In this document: one piece after another, positions 25,458-39,430 of the stretch
How positions within the stretch are numbered: the first letter of the stretch is position 1
Layout of the letters: each line of letters starts with the position of its first letter
Origin: Eledone cirrhosa
Lineage: Eukaryota
Length of the DNA stretch: 64,000 nucleotides
NCBI GenBank assembly: GCA_964016885.1
Contig: OZ024740.1
Location: 50,902,001 to 50,966,000, forward strand
Reading direction: 5' to 3'
The notes under the pieces: generated by a model
The model's database searches: none
What the model was told of the DNA's origin: nothing
Seen by the model: the letters and a program-made list of their open reading frames with translations, nothing else
Position numbers and translations under genes: made by a program

Positions 25458-26135
25458 TATATTATAATATTACCATTAGAAAATGTTTCGTAAACATATA
25501 TACTTTTTGACGTTAGATATTTTCTTCCTTAAACTTTCTTTTTTCTTCTCTCCTTCCGTGCTCATTTTAAACCTACTATTTACGTTTACATATTACAATA
25601 CATAAAAACAAACTTAAACCCTAACTAATTCCTCTAAGTTCATAACTCATTTATTCTTCTCCTTCTTTCACATTATATCCTTAATATCATTAATATTTTT
25701 ATTTTAATAATACATATTAATAAATTCTTTTTTTCGCACATATTATTAAACCCTTCAATATAGAAACCTTAATTTAATACTGCTCTTAATTCCTTTTTCT
25801 TCATGCATAAACCTCATTAACTTTTAATTTCAAAATCTTTTAAATTATCTATTATCTTCCAACGGTTTTTTAATTTCTCTCTATGAGACAATATTTTCTC
25901 AGTTGTAAAGGCTATCTCTCTCTCTCTATCACCCATTTCTCCTCCTCTCTCATCCTTCCTTCTTATACTCCTCCCCCACCATCCTTTACTCTTATTTCTT
26001 CCTCTTCCTTACCTTTTCCTAACCCCCCCCCTCACTTTTTCCCAATCTCGTATATCCATCTTAGTTTATTTTTCATATGTTGATTTAAAACTTCACTGCT
26101 CACAAGTGTTTTTTAAGCTTAATATCATGTCTCCC

Positions 26136-26206
26136 TATTTTATCTGATGAGAACGCAGATATCATCCCATGATGATATTTGTTTTTGAAATGCGCATAAT
26201 AAAATA
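26136..26206 (+). ncRNA. Minimal type-I hammerhead ribozyme
   Basis: Stem I TATTTTAT/ATAAAATA; CTGATGA; long stem II (cagatatcatc/gatgatatttg); GAAA; palindromic ATGCGCAT; AUA triplet. Confidence 0.8.
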
Positions 26207-26310
26207 CTTGGAACTCTTTTAACCATCCTTTGATCTTATATTATATATATATATATATGAGAGACGTAAAATAAGAAAATTATAAAATTAACTTACTTAC
26301 TAAAATATCA

Positions 26311-26390
26311 CTTCCAACTAATTAGTTTCTGAAATGGAATAAATATATTTTCCGAAGAAAACATAGAGAATCATTTCGTCCTCAGGGAAG
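26311..26390 (-). ncRNA. Type-I hammerhead ribozyme motif
   Basis: Minus strand: CTTCC-CTGAGGA-long stem II (gaaatg/catttc)-GAAA-CTAATTAG-TT-GGAAG. Confidence 0.7.
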
Positions 26391-26799
26391 ACTATTCTCA
26401 TCTAAGTATCCACGCAAAGCGTGGACTCTGGAAACTTATTCAAAAATAATTCAGTGGATAGAAAATAGCAAAGCGTGGACTGAATTCCTAGCCATTGAGA
26501 AAATCACTGCCTCTGCGTCCGTGGCAAATTCAAAAAGAATCAATCACGTGACATCGAGGTCAATCAGTGGAAAGTGGTTTGCTAATAAGACAGCGGCCTG
26601 CCTGCTACCATAGCAGCAGTCTTGGCCAATATTGCTCGACAAATAATTTGGAGATAATTATAAAGAATTAATATCTAGTAACATATATATACATACAGAT
26701 ATATATATATATAGGCAAAAGATAAACAGAAATAACAAAGCAAACGATACACTACAATGAAGAAATATATTAGTCTTATGCTTGATGTTGTAGGAAAGT

Positions 26800-26835
26800 C
26801 TTTAATATTTCAGACGCTAATCATTCATCAGAAAA
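26800..26835 (-). ncRNA. Degenerate minimal hammerhead motif
   Basis: Minus strand: TTTT-CTGATGA-atgattagcgtct-GAAA-TATT-AAAG; weak stem II. Confidence 0.4.
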
Positions 26836-27427
26836 TAAAATGAAAATTTGAAGAAGAAATGGGAAGATAGAGGAGAGTGAGCAGTGGCAGAAATGAGATA
26901 AAATTTCTTTGAGGAAAAGCAGGTCTATTCAGGTCGCCATCTCTTAGAAAACTGTTGAATTCAACATTGGTAGAAGTTCAGTTAGTCATGTTTTGAAAGG
27001 TTATGATCAAATAAATATATCTCCTAGCCACTGTTTTAAAACCTCATTTCGTGGGCTAACGTTTTTTTGTTGTAATTTTGTCCTGGGATTCCATGAGAGG
27101 CCAGTATTGAAATGGTTGATCCACTATACAGTGGTGGCCATAACTGAACTCTGAAACCTAAGGATGCACATACATGTTAAGTGTATGAAATTTTAGTTAT
27201 ACACTATATATATATATATATATTTATATATATTTATTCTAAATATAATTTTTAAAGAATTCCCTTTTCTTTAAACCCATCAACCAATGACCTCCATCCA
27301 TCCCAGTCGCCACCCTCTCCTACCACCAGAAAAGATATAAATACCACCATATAACTTGGACAGTCAGCTTCCTGATGATTTCTCCCGTCCTGATGATTTC
27401 TCTAGTCCTGTAGAAGCTTTTCTATAT

Positions 27428-27492
<65 letters not shown>

Positions 27493-27493
27493 A

Positions 27494-28325
27494 CAGGGTG
27501 CGGACGATATGTGTTCGCAATTTTCAACTGCTAATTTTATGCAAATTTTTTTTACTTCCATTGTCACTCTTGTCTTCATAAAAACAGTGACTATATTTCC
27601 ATTATTTATTTTCAGAATAATTGATTATGAATAATTTTGAACCTCCAAATTTGTGGAAGAGACACGGAGTTCTTCTTGGAATGCGTGCCGGGAGGACAAA
27701 TAAGGCCAGAAGATCAACTCCCAGAACAACAGGTGACTCGCTGCCAGAGTCATGCAGACAAAGTTTCCAGCGACAACATTGGTCTTAGGTGTCGTCAGCA
27801 GTCAAGGTGACGTCATGCCACCTCACTTCTTCCCTGAGGGCTTCAAGCTGAACACCGATGGCTACATCCGCGTTCTGAGCGAGGTAGTAAAGCCCTGGAT
27901 CGACCAGGTAACTGCAGGTAGGCCGTACGTGTGGCAGCAAGACTCAGCGCCATGCCATACCAGCCGAAAGACCCAAGCCTGGCTGTCAGAGAACTTCGTC
28001 GACCATACTTCACCTGACATCTGGCCTCCCAGCTCGCCTGACTGCAACCCCCTCGACTTCTTTGTATGGGGCGCAGTGGAACGAGACACCAACAGATTTA
28101 ACTGCAATACGAAAGACGATTTCTGAAGGCCAGGATCACAAGTGCCTTCAGGGGGACAGTGACGAAGGCCTGTAGCCGGTTCCAATGCTGCCTTGAGGCC
28201 GTCATCAAAGCCAATGGCAGGTTTATCGAGTGAGATGAAAAGAACAAGTCATGAAGACAAACTAACCCAAGTTTAATGAATAAATCTTAAAAAATAAAAC
28301 TACTGTGTTACTTTACTTTTTCCTA
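27494..28325 (+). mobile_element. Tc1/mariner DD37D (maT-type) element, internally deleted, right TIR not found
   Basis: TA-cagggtg start; ORF 27752-28126 WQQDSAPCH...WPPSSPDCNPLDF with exactly 37 residues between the last two catalytic Asp. Confidence 0.85.
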
Positions 28326-28849
28326 GAGAGAGAGAGAGAGAGAAAGAGAGATCTAAGCAGCAAGATTAGAAATATTGTTCCTACCCCTCCAATTGGTGAA
28401 ATATATCATACGACCACAGACACTGTCCTCTAACCTCATAGATAAGCTATTTCCTTTGTACTCTACCCGCCAAATTTTACATTCTTTGTTTTAGGGACTC
28501 ATGTCGCCAAAGTATCTGTAAGAATAGAGTTTTTGAGGGCCATCCGCTTAGTGTCAATGACAACAGAATTCTCATAGTCTGCTGCTTGTGTCCATCAGTC
28601 AGTTCAAGAACAGAACAATATAGTTGCTAACAGATACTCACTCTGGGCCCTTTCAGTCAGTGAACTGAGACAACCATACTCCCATTTGATTCCAACAAAG
28701 TTTAGTTCCATGCATCTTTTCATATTACAGCAGTCACACAAAACAAATCACACAAACATAACACAATTATTCTTTGATTCTTTGTTGTTTTTCCTGTGTT
28801 GTCAAAATAACTTTGTCGTAAGTTGATAAAAATTATTAACTCCCCAGGC

Positions 28850-29121
28850 ACCTTCGCCCCACCCAAAGTGGTCCCCCTGGAGCCATGACAAAAGTGACCA
28901 GCCCACACTATAAAGTGATTGTGTAGATGTCACGATAAAAAGCACCCAGCACACACTGTAAATGTGGTTGACTATAGGAAAGGCATCCAGTCGCAGAAAC
29001 GAAACCAAAATCAGTTCTGTGTGAGTGAAACACAGTCATCCGACCTGATCTCTCACAAAGGGACAGCCTGTCCTACCCATGCTTGCATGGAAAATGGACA
29101 TTAAACGATGATGATGAGGAT
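28850..29121 (+). mobile_element. RTE/SINE 3'-tail fragment
   Basis: cacactgtaaatgtggttg...ggcatccag...catggaaaatggacattaaacgatgat. Confidence 0.7.
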
Positions 29122-30046
29122 GAATGTAGCAGTGTTTGTTATTGTTCATTGAATATTGCTAATGGCAGCTTCACTTTCAACCTTCAACTTCAACTACTGT
29201 CTATGGTAATGAATACAGCCACACATCTTGACTCACTGAGACACACACACAATTACCATAAGTCACAAACCTTCACACAATACTTATATAGGAGAGAACA
29301 ATTCACGAAATCACTCATCAAGCCAACAATGACTACTACAATTTCTGCCACACTACAATGAACAACTGACCAAACATCACCTTTTGCACACACTTTCATC
29401 TAGTCACCACACTAACCAAATCACTAATACAAACTACATTTGGTGACTAAAAACAATCTTCTTAACTGCTGCTACATATATACATAAATTGGAAATTATT
29501 ATTATTATTATTTTAAGTGGCAGTATGTTACTATAATATACCATCAAATTATCTGTAAAAGTGGTGATAGTAGTTCTTATACTATTGGCACACATGGGGG
29601 TGGTGGTTGTGGTAGTAATAGTGGTGGTGGTTTGCATCAGTGCTGATGGCATAGGCAGTTACATAAGGATGTCTTATCTGATCAGAAGGAGCAGATGAGA
29701 AATCTATTCTTATCATCTTCATCTCTCAACTCACACTAAAATACTTTTTCATTGGATAAACATTTTCTAACTATCAGCTATGGGGTTGGGCATAATCTAG
29801 TTATCTCTACCTTTATATTATTTTCATAAGAACTTTCCCTAATTGCATAGGTTTGATGTGGACTAGATTCTCTAGCTTGATACCACACTGTTTTGAATTC
29901 ATTTGTCATTGAAGATGATTTCATATTTCATCTTTCTGTGTTTTATATAATAAACTCTACTTATATATGAGTAACTGTGGTGTGTAGGAAGGTATATACA
30001 ATATGTTTATGAATAATTAACACATATACATCTTGCTATATGTGGT

Positions 30047-30275
30047 TTAACCCTTTATCATTGACATTACTCTATATATACTATTGTATTTTTGTGGTAA
30101 AGGCTTTATCATACATAATTATCTCTCATAATATCGAATCTATGAGATTTTGATGTTATTTATTTTGAAAACAATACTTTAACATCAGTATGAGTGGCCA
30201 GTTACGGCCAGTTTGAACAGAAAGAGGTGAGAGAATTCTGGCCAGATACGGTTGGTTTAAATTCTAAAGGGTTAA
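30047..30275 (-). mobile_element. piggyBac-type MITE
   Basis: TTAA-cccttta ... taaaggg-TTAA; reverse homologue of 1586-1801. Confidence 0.8.
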
Positions 30276-30689
30276 CACCCATAGCAAGACTTGTATATGT
30301 ATATTATACATAAACATATTGTATATGACTTCATACGCATCACAATTATGAACCATGCTATGTTACTGCTACTGCTACTTATATATTAGTGTCACTTCAA
30401 TTGAATATACACTTTTCCTTCAATAATAGAATGGTTTTGTACCAAGCCAAACCAATATTTAAAAGGTCTCTCACATAGTAATGAACTGGGTAATTGCTGG
30501 CCTTGTGCCTAAAGTAGAAACAATTATTCTTTTATTCTTTTTATTACTTCATTAGAAAACTCTTTGTCTAACCTTAAAATGCATTATATTCCCAGCCTAC
30601 TACTGTTATTATGATAAGTATCAGTTCTAACATATGTTTATGGTATTACTTCATAAGGAGCCCTCACTAAGAAGTCCTTTATAGGATTC

Positions 30690-31020
30690 TTTCACATGTT
30701 CAAGATATGTTCAGACATCTGAATGGTACAAGCAACTCATATACATAAGTCTTTATCTTTAGGAAGAACTACATAGGACTATTTCTATATTATGCAGTAT
30801 AAGATTGTGAGGACTGGATCTAGAACTAGTATTAGGACTGTGAACAATTTAGATTATTTGAAAGTGTTCAACAGAATTGATCATTTATTAGCATTTTGTG
30901 TTCAAGATTGTGGTGGTTTGAGCCAGGTTTCTTTTGCAGTTGCTTGGCTATTATACTGTACACTAACATCTGTATGATGGTTAGAACTAATAACTCACTG
31001 TCAGAGCAATTCAGTATTAC
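30690..31020 (+). mobile_element. Very decayed L1/Tx1 RT fragment
   Basis: NLDYLKVFNRIDH...WLLY resembles the LD..KAFDRVDH RT motif. Confidence 0.45.
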
Positions 31021-33076
31021 ATTTTATATTTGGCATGAACACTCTTTCTCAGCACAACTGCTTGAATGTTAATTATACCTCCTTCTTTTAATGTGGTAGT
31101 TGTAATTCTCAAAGGTTATTCCACGATTTATCAGTATTTGCTGCCAAATGGAATAATTGATTAAGTTACTTGGTATCAAGTTTGGTTCATATTCTCAAGT
31201 GGATAGTAACCACAATAAGATAAAGGGATTCATGAATCTCACATTGATATGAGGCGAGAGAAACTTGATCATTAGCAGATATAGGTGAACATTTACATTG
31301 CTTAAATAGTATAACACTTATACAATGTCCCATGTCCAGGAAACATTCATCCAAATTAATTTATTTGACTTTTGACATTTGTAGAAGGGTTGATTAATTA
31401 TCTTTAGAAGTTTCATCTGTTCCCAGTATTCTATCATTAGTACCTAGTTATTGTTGTTACACAGCAATGCAATGCGACATTCAGAGAGTACCCTTAATGC
31501 TCTACCCTCTTTAGTAAAATAGTAGAATCCAAAGAAGCTAGTGATGTTCTCAGTAAAGTAGCAAGTGTTTATGCTGCCAAACTGGACACTGGCATGCTAT
31601 TGGATATTATGTCAGCAAATATAATAATATAAATAATTTGAATAATGGACTAAATTTTATGTTGTGAGGAAATAGAGGAGTATAATATTTTGGGCAGTAC
31701 CCTTTACTGGAAAAAGATAAAATCTCAACAGTTGTTGATGGATAAATAAATTGAGATATTTCCTAATTTGGAAATAGTCCTATGTTGTTCATATTAAAAT
31801 TAGAGCATTGTATATGTGTCTGCTTAAAACAGTTTGCTTGTACTTTGTCCCAAATCTTTTTAACACTTCAGTTGTCCGAACAAATCTTGAAATTGTGAAA
31901 CAGTAAAAGAAAGGGCATTTTATTGATTGCTTCTTATCAATTAATGTAATAAATTGGAATTAGTGAAAGTGAAGAAAAATGATTTTAACAAGTTATTTAA
32001 ACTCCTAAAGCTGGTGAAATTCTTGAACTTTCTAGCTGGTTACTTCAATCAAGCTAAGTTTATCAACCATAGAATAGTGAAGAAATAGTGGGCTGGCACA
32101 GTGGTACATGATTTGTCAATAACTAGTTGGTAATCTACAGATCTGTAGTTCGAATTAATATGATATATTTTTGTTTAGCCCCAGGCTAGCTTGATTGAGC
32201 TCATATATGATCGGACAAAAACATTTTAGCCATGGCCATCCCAGTTTTTTCCTGGCTTAGCATTTCTAGGACTACCTTATCCAATATGACCTTTGCTTTT
32301 TAAAACAGTAAGCTATACTTTCAGGGATATTTGACTACTATTTCTTTGAGGGTCCTTTGTTGGTTCACAAAGATGATATTTGATGAAGTTAGGGTTTCAT
32401 CTGAGAGGAAAAGATTTTAGCCAAGTCCTTTGGTGGTGATGATGATGATCATCATCACCATAATTATTTTGTATCTGTTTTCTATGCTGACATGGGTTGG
32501 GTCAGTTGTTATGGTCTAATACTAGATGGATCAAGGAACTACATCTTGCTCATATATTTCATTTTTGGCATGGTTTCTACAGCCAGATACCCTTATTAAT
32601 GCCAGTTAACCACTTTACAGAGTGTACTTGGTGCAGTTTGTCAGGACACTAGCACAATATTGCAATACTACACTGTATACTTTACAATATAATACTGAAC
32701 AGCAAATAAATATACATGAATTGGAGTTTATGCATAGACACCCTTACATCATATACATGCATATAAAACTACAGCTATAAACATAAGATGATGATGTTAA
32801 TGATGGTGATGATGATGATGATGATGATGATGACAACGATGATGACAGTGGTGATGTTGTATTAACATGTAAAATATAGCCAGTATTGATGAGTAACCAC
32901 ACCCATAACACAGCTAGGTGTTTACCTGTCTTAGGTTTCATCTGTAGTCTGATAAAACTAAACCCTATTTATAAATAAGCATTGGCTGTTTGGATTTCTT
33001 TTGACAGATCTGAAATTGTGTTATACTCAGCAAAACAAAAAATAAAAATGTGTGTGTGTGGTACGTACACACACAC

Positions 33077-33109
<33 letters not shown>

Positions 33110-33112
<3 letters not shown>

Positions 33113-36100
33113 TCATCATCATCATTTAACGTCCATCTTCCACGCTAGCATGGGTTAGACGGGAGTTGTCCCACCTGAGTGACCGTGTCTCACTCATATA
33201 GGACTATCTGGCAGGTTTTCTATGACTGGATGCCCTTCCTAACACCAACCACATTTACAGTGTAGAACTGGGAACTTTTTACCGTGTTACCTACACGGCC
33301 ACATTACAGCGTGGACTGTGTGTTTTATTGTTGTGACACCTACACGATCTCGATCTCATTATCTCATTTATTTGGACTGGATGTTGTGGTACCAACTTTA
33401 CAGAAAGAGGGTGGTGTTGGTGGGAGTGGGAGGATAGGGTAGGAGTAGTGGATTGGGGTGTATATTTGGTTAAGAGGTGCCTACTGACTGTAGGTTTCGC
33501 TTTGTACATAGGCAAGGCAGGTCTTCTGTATTACTGCGTAGTGCCAAAGATCTCGGTCCAGTGACATTGTCTTAGATAGGTGCAAGTGTGTAAGGTCGGA
33601 ATTTATCAGATCGTCCCAGGTTTTTCTGGGTCTGCCTACTCCGTAACTTCCATCAATTTTGATCGCCCTGCAGTTTTTTATACAGCTGTTGTTTTTCATG
33701 CACATCACGTGGCCATACCAACGTAGTCTTCTCTCGAGTAAACAGCATCTGATCCCTCTTATTCCTAATTTCTCACTTAGTTCATTTATGCTTTACCGTT
33801 CACGTATATTACTATTACACATCCAACGGAGCATGCACGCTTCGTTCCTTTCCAGTCTGCACAGGTCCTCTGTACATAATGCCCATGTCTCACTGCCATG
33901 TAACATTGCTGTTCGTATGCAGGCATCATACAATCTGGTGGCCAACAGCGGTATAAGCTCTCTGAACTTTTTCCATCCCGTTCTGACTCTAGCTACTGTA
34001 CTTTCAGAACACCATCCACCACTGCTGATTTCATCACCCAGGTAACGGAAAGTGTCCACTATTTCTATAGAACCATCTGTGCAATAGAAGGAGCTAGTAT
34101 CCTGTGGACACTTGCTACTTATTGCACCTGAGCATCAGCCACATATAAAGTCTACATTGTTAGATAGTTTACCTGTGATCCCACTACATCTTTTATGTAC
34201 CCATTTTTTGCATTTGGGACATAAAATGGAATTTCTGCCTACTCCTTTCCTACACACTGAGCATGGCCATTTCCCTGAGGGCACCTGTGCCCTATTTTCC
34301 TTTCTACAAACTAGAACTTTAGTCTTAGACAAGTTAACGTTAAGGCCTTTTGATTGTAGGCCATGCTTCCATGTTTGGAATTTCTTCTCTAGTTCAGACA
34401 TTGGTTCAGCTATGAGCGTTAGATGATCTGCGTATAGGAGTTCCCATGGGCAGCCGGTCTTGAACTCCTCTGTTATAGGCTAAAGGGCAATAATAAATGG
34501 GAGGGGGCTAAGGACAGAGCCTTGATGAACACCAACTTTTATACTAAATTCTTCACAATATTCATTGTTAATTCTAACCTTACTGACTGTTTCTTTATTC
34601 ATAGCTTGTATAGCTCTCACAAGCCATTCATCTACACCTTCTCCAGGTCTACAAAAGCTAAGTAGAGGGGTTTACTTTTAGCTAGGTACTTCTCCTGTAG
34701 TTATCGTACAAGGAAAAGAGCGTCTGTGGTACTTTTACCTGACACAAACCCAAACTGCATTTCATCTAGATCAATTCGCTCTCTGATTAGTTGCGCTATA
34801 ACTCTTTCTGTGACCTTAATGACCTGGTCAACTAACTTAATGCCTCTATAGTTTCCCCTATCTAGAGCATCCCCTTTACCCTTGTAGCAGTTAATGATGA
34901 TGCTGCTGTGCCAGTCTTTTGGTATGATCCCATTCTGTATTACTTGATTAACTATACGGGTGATAATAGTATGTCCCACCGTTCCAGATGCCTTCAACAT
35001 CTCAGCAACTATCTCCAAAGGCCCAGCTGCCTTGCCTGTCTTCATATCTTTGATTGCCTTACTTATTATACTACCTTTAACTTGCACCACTGGTCCTTCT
35101 ATTGGATCAATTTGGGGCAGACTATCTTTTTCCCATTTATTCTCCTCATTTAATAGTCTATCAGTGAGGGCACTGTTATCATTACGGACACACTTCTACC
35201 TGACAATATCACGGTTTTCCTTGACACATTGTCTAGCAATCCTGAACACCTCATGTTTTTGGTCCTCACGTTGTAGAACATGCTTGAACTTTCTATCCTC
35301 TGCTTCCCTTTTTGCAAGGTACACTTGTCTCCTAGCTTCTCTCCTGGCCACTTGATAGTGCTCTCTACTTCCCCCATCCTGCTATACTTTCCAAGCCTGC
35401 TTTTTGGCCTTGATTGTTTCCTCCACCTTACTGTTCCACCACCAAGTTACTCTCCTCCTGCCACAGATTTCATCCGTTGCTTTCAGCAGGTTCACTTTCA
35501 AGAGTTGCCACTGTTCCTCTATATTGCATGTCTCTAATTGCTCTTCCTTATTGTCAAAGGCATCAAGTAATAAGCTTTTAAATTTGTCACTGGCTATGGG
35601 GTCCATCAACTTCCATATTCTTCTCCTCAAGGTAGGCCTCCTCTGTCGTCGAGTAATTCTATTCCTGACTATGAGGTCACTAACTACTAGGCTATCTTGG
35701 GAGGTGCATTCTTCATGGGGGATGGATTTAGTGTTTGCAACAGACACTTTGTCCCGTCTTCAGGTAAGGATATAATCTATCTGGCTGGCGTGTTCCCTTG
35801 ATCTATAGGTGATCAAGTGGTTTTCTCGTTTTTTGAAGTTTGTGTTACAGATAGTTAGGTTATTAGCGTCACAAAATTCCAGGATTCTGAAGCCCTCCTC
35901 ATTTCTATTTCCAACCCCATAGCCTCCATGGATTCCATTATACCCATCACTATGTTGTCCAATGTGACCGTTTAGATTGCCAGCAATAATTAAGTAGTCG
36001 CTGTTGGTTATTTGGAAGGTAGTGTGCATTAGCATCTCATAGAACCTGTCCTTTATAACGTCAGGTAGACCAGATTGGGGTGCATAAGCGGATATTATTG

Positions 36101-36338
36101 TCACAGTAGTTCTATTTAGAACTAGTCTTATTTTAATTATTCTGTCATTCACTCTATTTACGTCAATTACCTTATCTACCCATTTTTCAGCTAACATAAT
36201 TCCTACACCACCCAGTCCATTGTCATTTCCCACCCAGAAAAGTTTATAGCATCGATGAATCTAGCAGACCACCTCTCCACCTAGTCTCTTGAATACAACA
36301 AACATCAACTTCTTTATGTTCAAGCATCTCTACAACCT
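33110..36338 (-). mobile_element. RTE-clade LINE, nearly complete APE+RT, frameshifted
   Basis: VCCIQETRW, SAYAPQ, GNLNGH, QIDYILT, YRGIKL, QFGF, GVHQGSVLSP, LLYADD, GSETW; C-x2-C motif; (GAT)n tail. Confidence 0.92.
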
Positions 36339-36451
36339 CATATATATATATATAGAGATAGATAGATATGTGTGTGTGTATATATATAATAATAATGAAA
36401 ATATTGTGTACAGTGCGCAGGTGCACTACAACTCATCAAAGGTGCATGTAT

Positions 36452-39430
36452 TCTAGGGCGGGTAAAATTCCCGAGATCCATGGACGCGTTCTCTCCAGCG
36501 GGCTCTGTCCCTCATTATTGTTGCCATGTCCTGCATCTCCAACAGACCAGTGTTTGTCCTTAGGGCATCAATATACGTTAACCTTGGTCTTCCTCTGCCA
36601 GTGTGTCCATGTAGGGGCTTCCACAGGAGCACTGAGTGCAATGTCAACTCTGGATGTCAGTGAGCATGTCCAGCTAACCTCAGTCTCCTCTGTGTCACTT
36701 TTGAGCTGACTTTTGGGAGGCTTCCATACAGCTCTGAGTTTTTCATCCTCAGTGTATACTGATTAATGTTCAGAGCTATCCTCAGCATTCTCATGTAGCA
36801 CCCATCCACCATCTGGGTGAGTTTCTTGGTCAGTGTCCAAGTCTCAGACCCGTACAGCAGCACAGACTCCACTACAGCAATGAAGAGGCATATTTTCAGG
36901 TCTTTACGACGGTCCGACTTCCACACCGATCTCAAGCTGTAGCACGGCGCCCAGGCTTTGCTCTTCCTCTCAACCACATCATCTTCCGTATTCCCAATCT
37001 TTGCTCCAAAATACAGGAAGTCCTCAACCAATTCTAGCGGCTTCCCGCCTACATTAGTGATCCCCTCTGGCTTCTCAATATTCTCTACCAGATATTTTGT
37101 TTTAGTCTCATTCATTCTCAGCCCCACACTCATCAACACAGTCTCAACCTCCTGCATCAAATCCTCTGCCTCCTTCACTGTATTTGTCACCAAAACTATG
37201 TTGTCGGCAAATTCAGCATCCAATATTTTTTCGCCTTAACTCTCCTGCTCTGAGCCGGTGCTACAGTAAAACCAGAGTCCTGGTGTTTCTCCAGTGCAAG
37301 GCGCATACAATAGTCCACTATGATGATAAAAAGGTAGGGAGCCAATGTATCTCCCTGGAGCACTCCAGCCAGTATCTCAAAGAACTCTGTCATCCCATCA
37401 GGTGTAATGACTTGGGCTTTGGTGTTGGTGTAGAGCAGTGATATCAGGTCCACTATCTTCTTGGGGATTCCATAAGCCTGTAAGATCTTCATCAGGCGGT
37501 CCACAGAATCAAAGGCCTTCCTAAAGTCAATGAAAACCATGACCGCAGGAAGGCACTTTGCTCTAGCTCTCTCTAATATCTTCCTCAACATCAGGATGTG
37601 ACTGGTGGTTGATCTTCCCTCTCTGAAGCCATTCTGTTTGTCCCTGAGCTTCTTCTCCATCTCAGGCTGGATCCTGTTAAGAATCATCCTGTTGAGGGTC
37701 TTTGCCACAAGTGACGTCAGTGAGATCCCCCTGTAGTTGTTGGTGTTAGAGAGATCTCCCTTCTTTGGCACTGGGACGATGTTACTGATCCTCCACTGAT
37801 TCGGGGCAACTCCTTTCTCCAGTGCCTGGTTACAAAACCCCAGGATGATATCAAAATCACACTTCTTCATCACCTCTGATGCCACTCCATCTTCTCCATG
37901 AGCCTTGCCCTCCTTGATCCTCTTCTTGACTCTCTGAAGCTCCTCTCTGGTGAAGTGCTCTGTCTCAACATCCAGTTCCTCAAACAGCCGTCTTATCTCC
38001 CCAGTGCTCTGGGCTGTGGAGGGTGACTCTCCTAGTAGGGTCCTAAAATGGTCTAGCCATTTCCTCTTCCTATCCTCGGGCCCTGTTCCCTGGATCTGAC
38101 TCGAACACCTTCTCTTCCTCCCTGTGATCTCGTTGATGATCATCCAGCTCTCCTTACATCCAGATCTGTCAACCGCTCTCTTCACACTTCTGATCTTCTC
38201 TATCAGTGCCTCCTCTCTGGTCTCAGTGTAAGTGGTACAGAATTCTTCCCTCATCACCTCCACAGTCTCCATCCTCTCCTCCATAGGATCAGCATAGATT
38301 TGGTCCTTGGCAGCTTTCAGGTGTTCTCTGGCTGCACACACTTTTGGGTTTGCTGTGCTGACGTGCTTCCTTTTGTTCTTTCTCCTCGGCACCAGGGTCT
38401 CACTTGCTTCCGCCACTACATTGGTGAAGTGCCCGTACCTCCTTGTCACACTCTCCTCAGTCCATCCAATCTCTCTCTCCTCTGTCTCTCCACACAGAGC
38501 ACTGAACCTGTTCCTCACTTCCACTGTGAACCTCTCCTGTAGCTTATCATCTTCCTTGAAAGCTCCCCCAGTCATAGATTGCTCTCTGGGCTGAGCCTTG
38601 CTCATTCTTAAGCTCACCCAGACCTCACTCATAACAAGCCGGTGGTCACTACCCAGTGTACTGAAATAGTTGTATAGTTCTGTGTTCAGAACACTATTCC
38701 GACACCTTTTCCTCACCAGAATGAAATCAATCTGGGACTTGGACAGGTGCATATCTGAGATGTGGGTCCACATCTTCCCCGGATTCTTCCTAAACCTTAG
38801 GTTGGTCGCTATCAAGTTCGCCTCCAGCAGGGTGTCTCTCAGTAGTCTTCCATTTTGGTTGGTGTTGTTATGGAAGTACCAGCAAGGATCTTCACTGCCC
38901 TCCTTACTCAGATGTGCATTGAAGTCCCCCAAAACAAGCAGGTTGTTGTGTGCTTGTGTGGTGTTGACAGCTCTACACACCTCCTCATGGAACTCTTCCG
39001 CACTCACATCACTGTCTCCCTCGGTTGGACTATAGGCTGAGATGACTGTCAGTCTTGGGTTTCCATTGAAGGTCACCTTCAACATTCGCGGGGAGACAGG
39101 CATTATTTCCCTCACCAATAGACTGGTTTTTGTGCTGAAAACAAAACCCACTCATCCCACTGCAGCATTGGTCATGTTCCTCACTGCCAATGTGGTGATG
39201 AGTTGGCTCCTCTTCCCAATCATCACACTCCTCACGGGCTCATCGTGTAGGATCCTGTGTTCTTGGATCACAAGTATCTGTATACCACTTTGCTCGAACA
39301 GATGTCCCAACTCCTCTCTCTTCTCCAGCGTCCGAATAGTCCTCACATTCAAAGTGCCCATTTTGATGGCTCTTCTGCAGGACAAAACTGCATTCTTTAT
39401 ATTTGTCTCAGAGACAGCTGATCCATCATC
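36452..39430 (-). mobile_element. Second RTE-like LINE family, near-complete APE+RT, 7-bp TSD
   Basis: ORF 37196-39151 (651 aa): SAYSPT, GDFNAH, SDH, YRGISL, QNGFR, FIDFRKAFDSV, GVLQGDTLAP; FADN in next frame; CATGTAT at 36445-36451 and 39431-39437. Confidence 0.92.

Larger units (their letters stand above)
22770..26245 (+). mobile_element. 5'-truncated Penelope-like element (Naiad-like) with upstream inverted pseudo-LTR
   Basis: 23604-24023 translates NRICNCPIRTKCPLNNHCLDKNLVYECKV...TYFGST...RFCNH...CNLCLAE; ~22788-23579 is the reverse complement of ~24281-24519 joined to 25458-26010; hammerhead near 3' end. Confidence 0.85.

Noticed and set aside
31100-31900. Minus-strand LGTND motif suggesting a LINE ORF1 esterase
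   Set aside because: Single short motif among many stops; insufficient support
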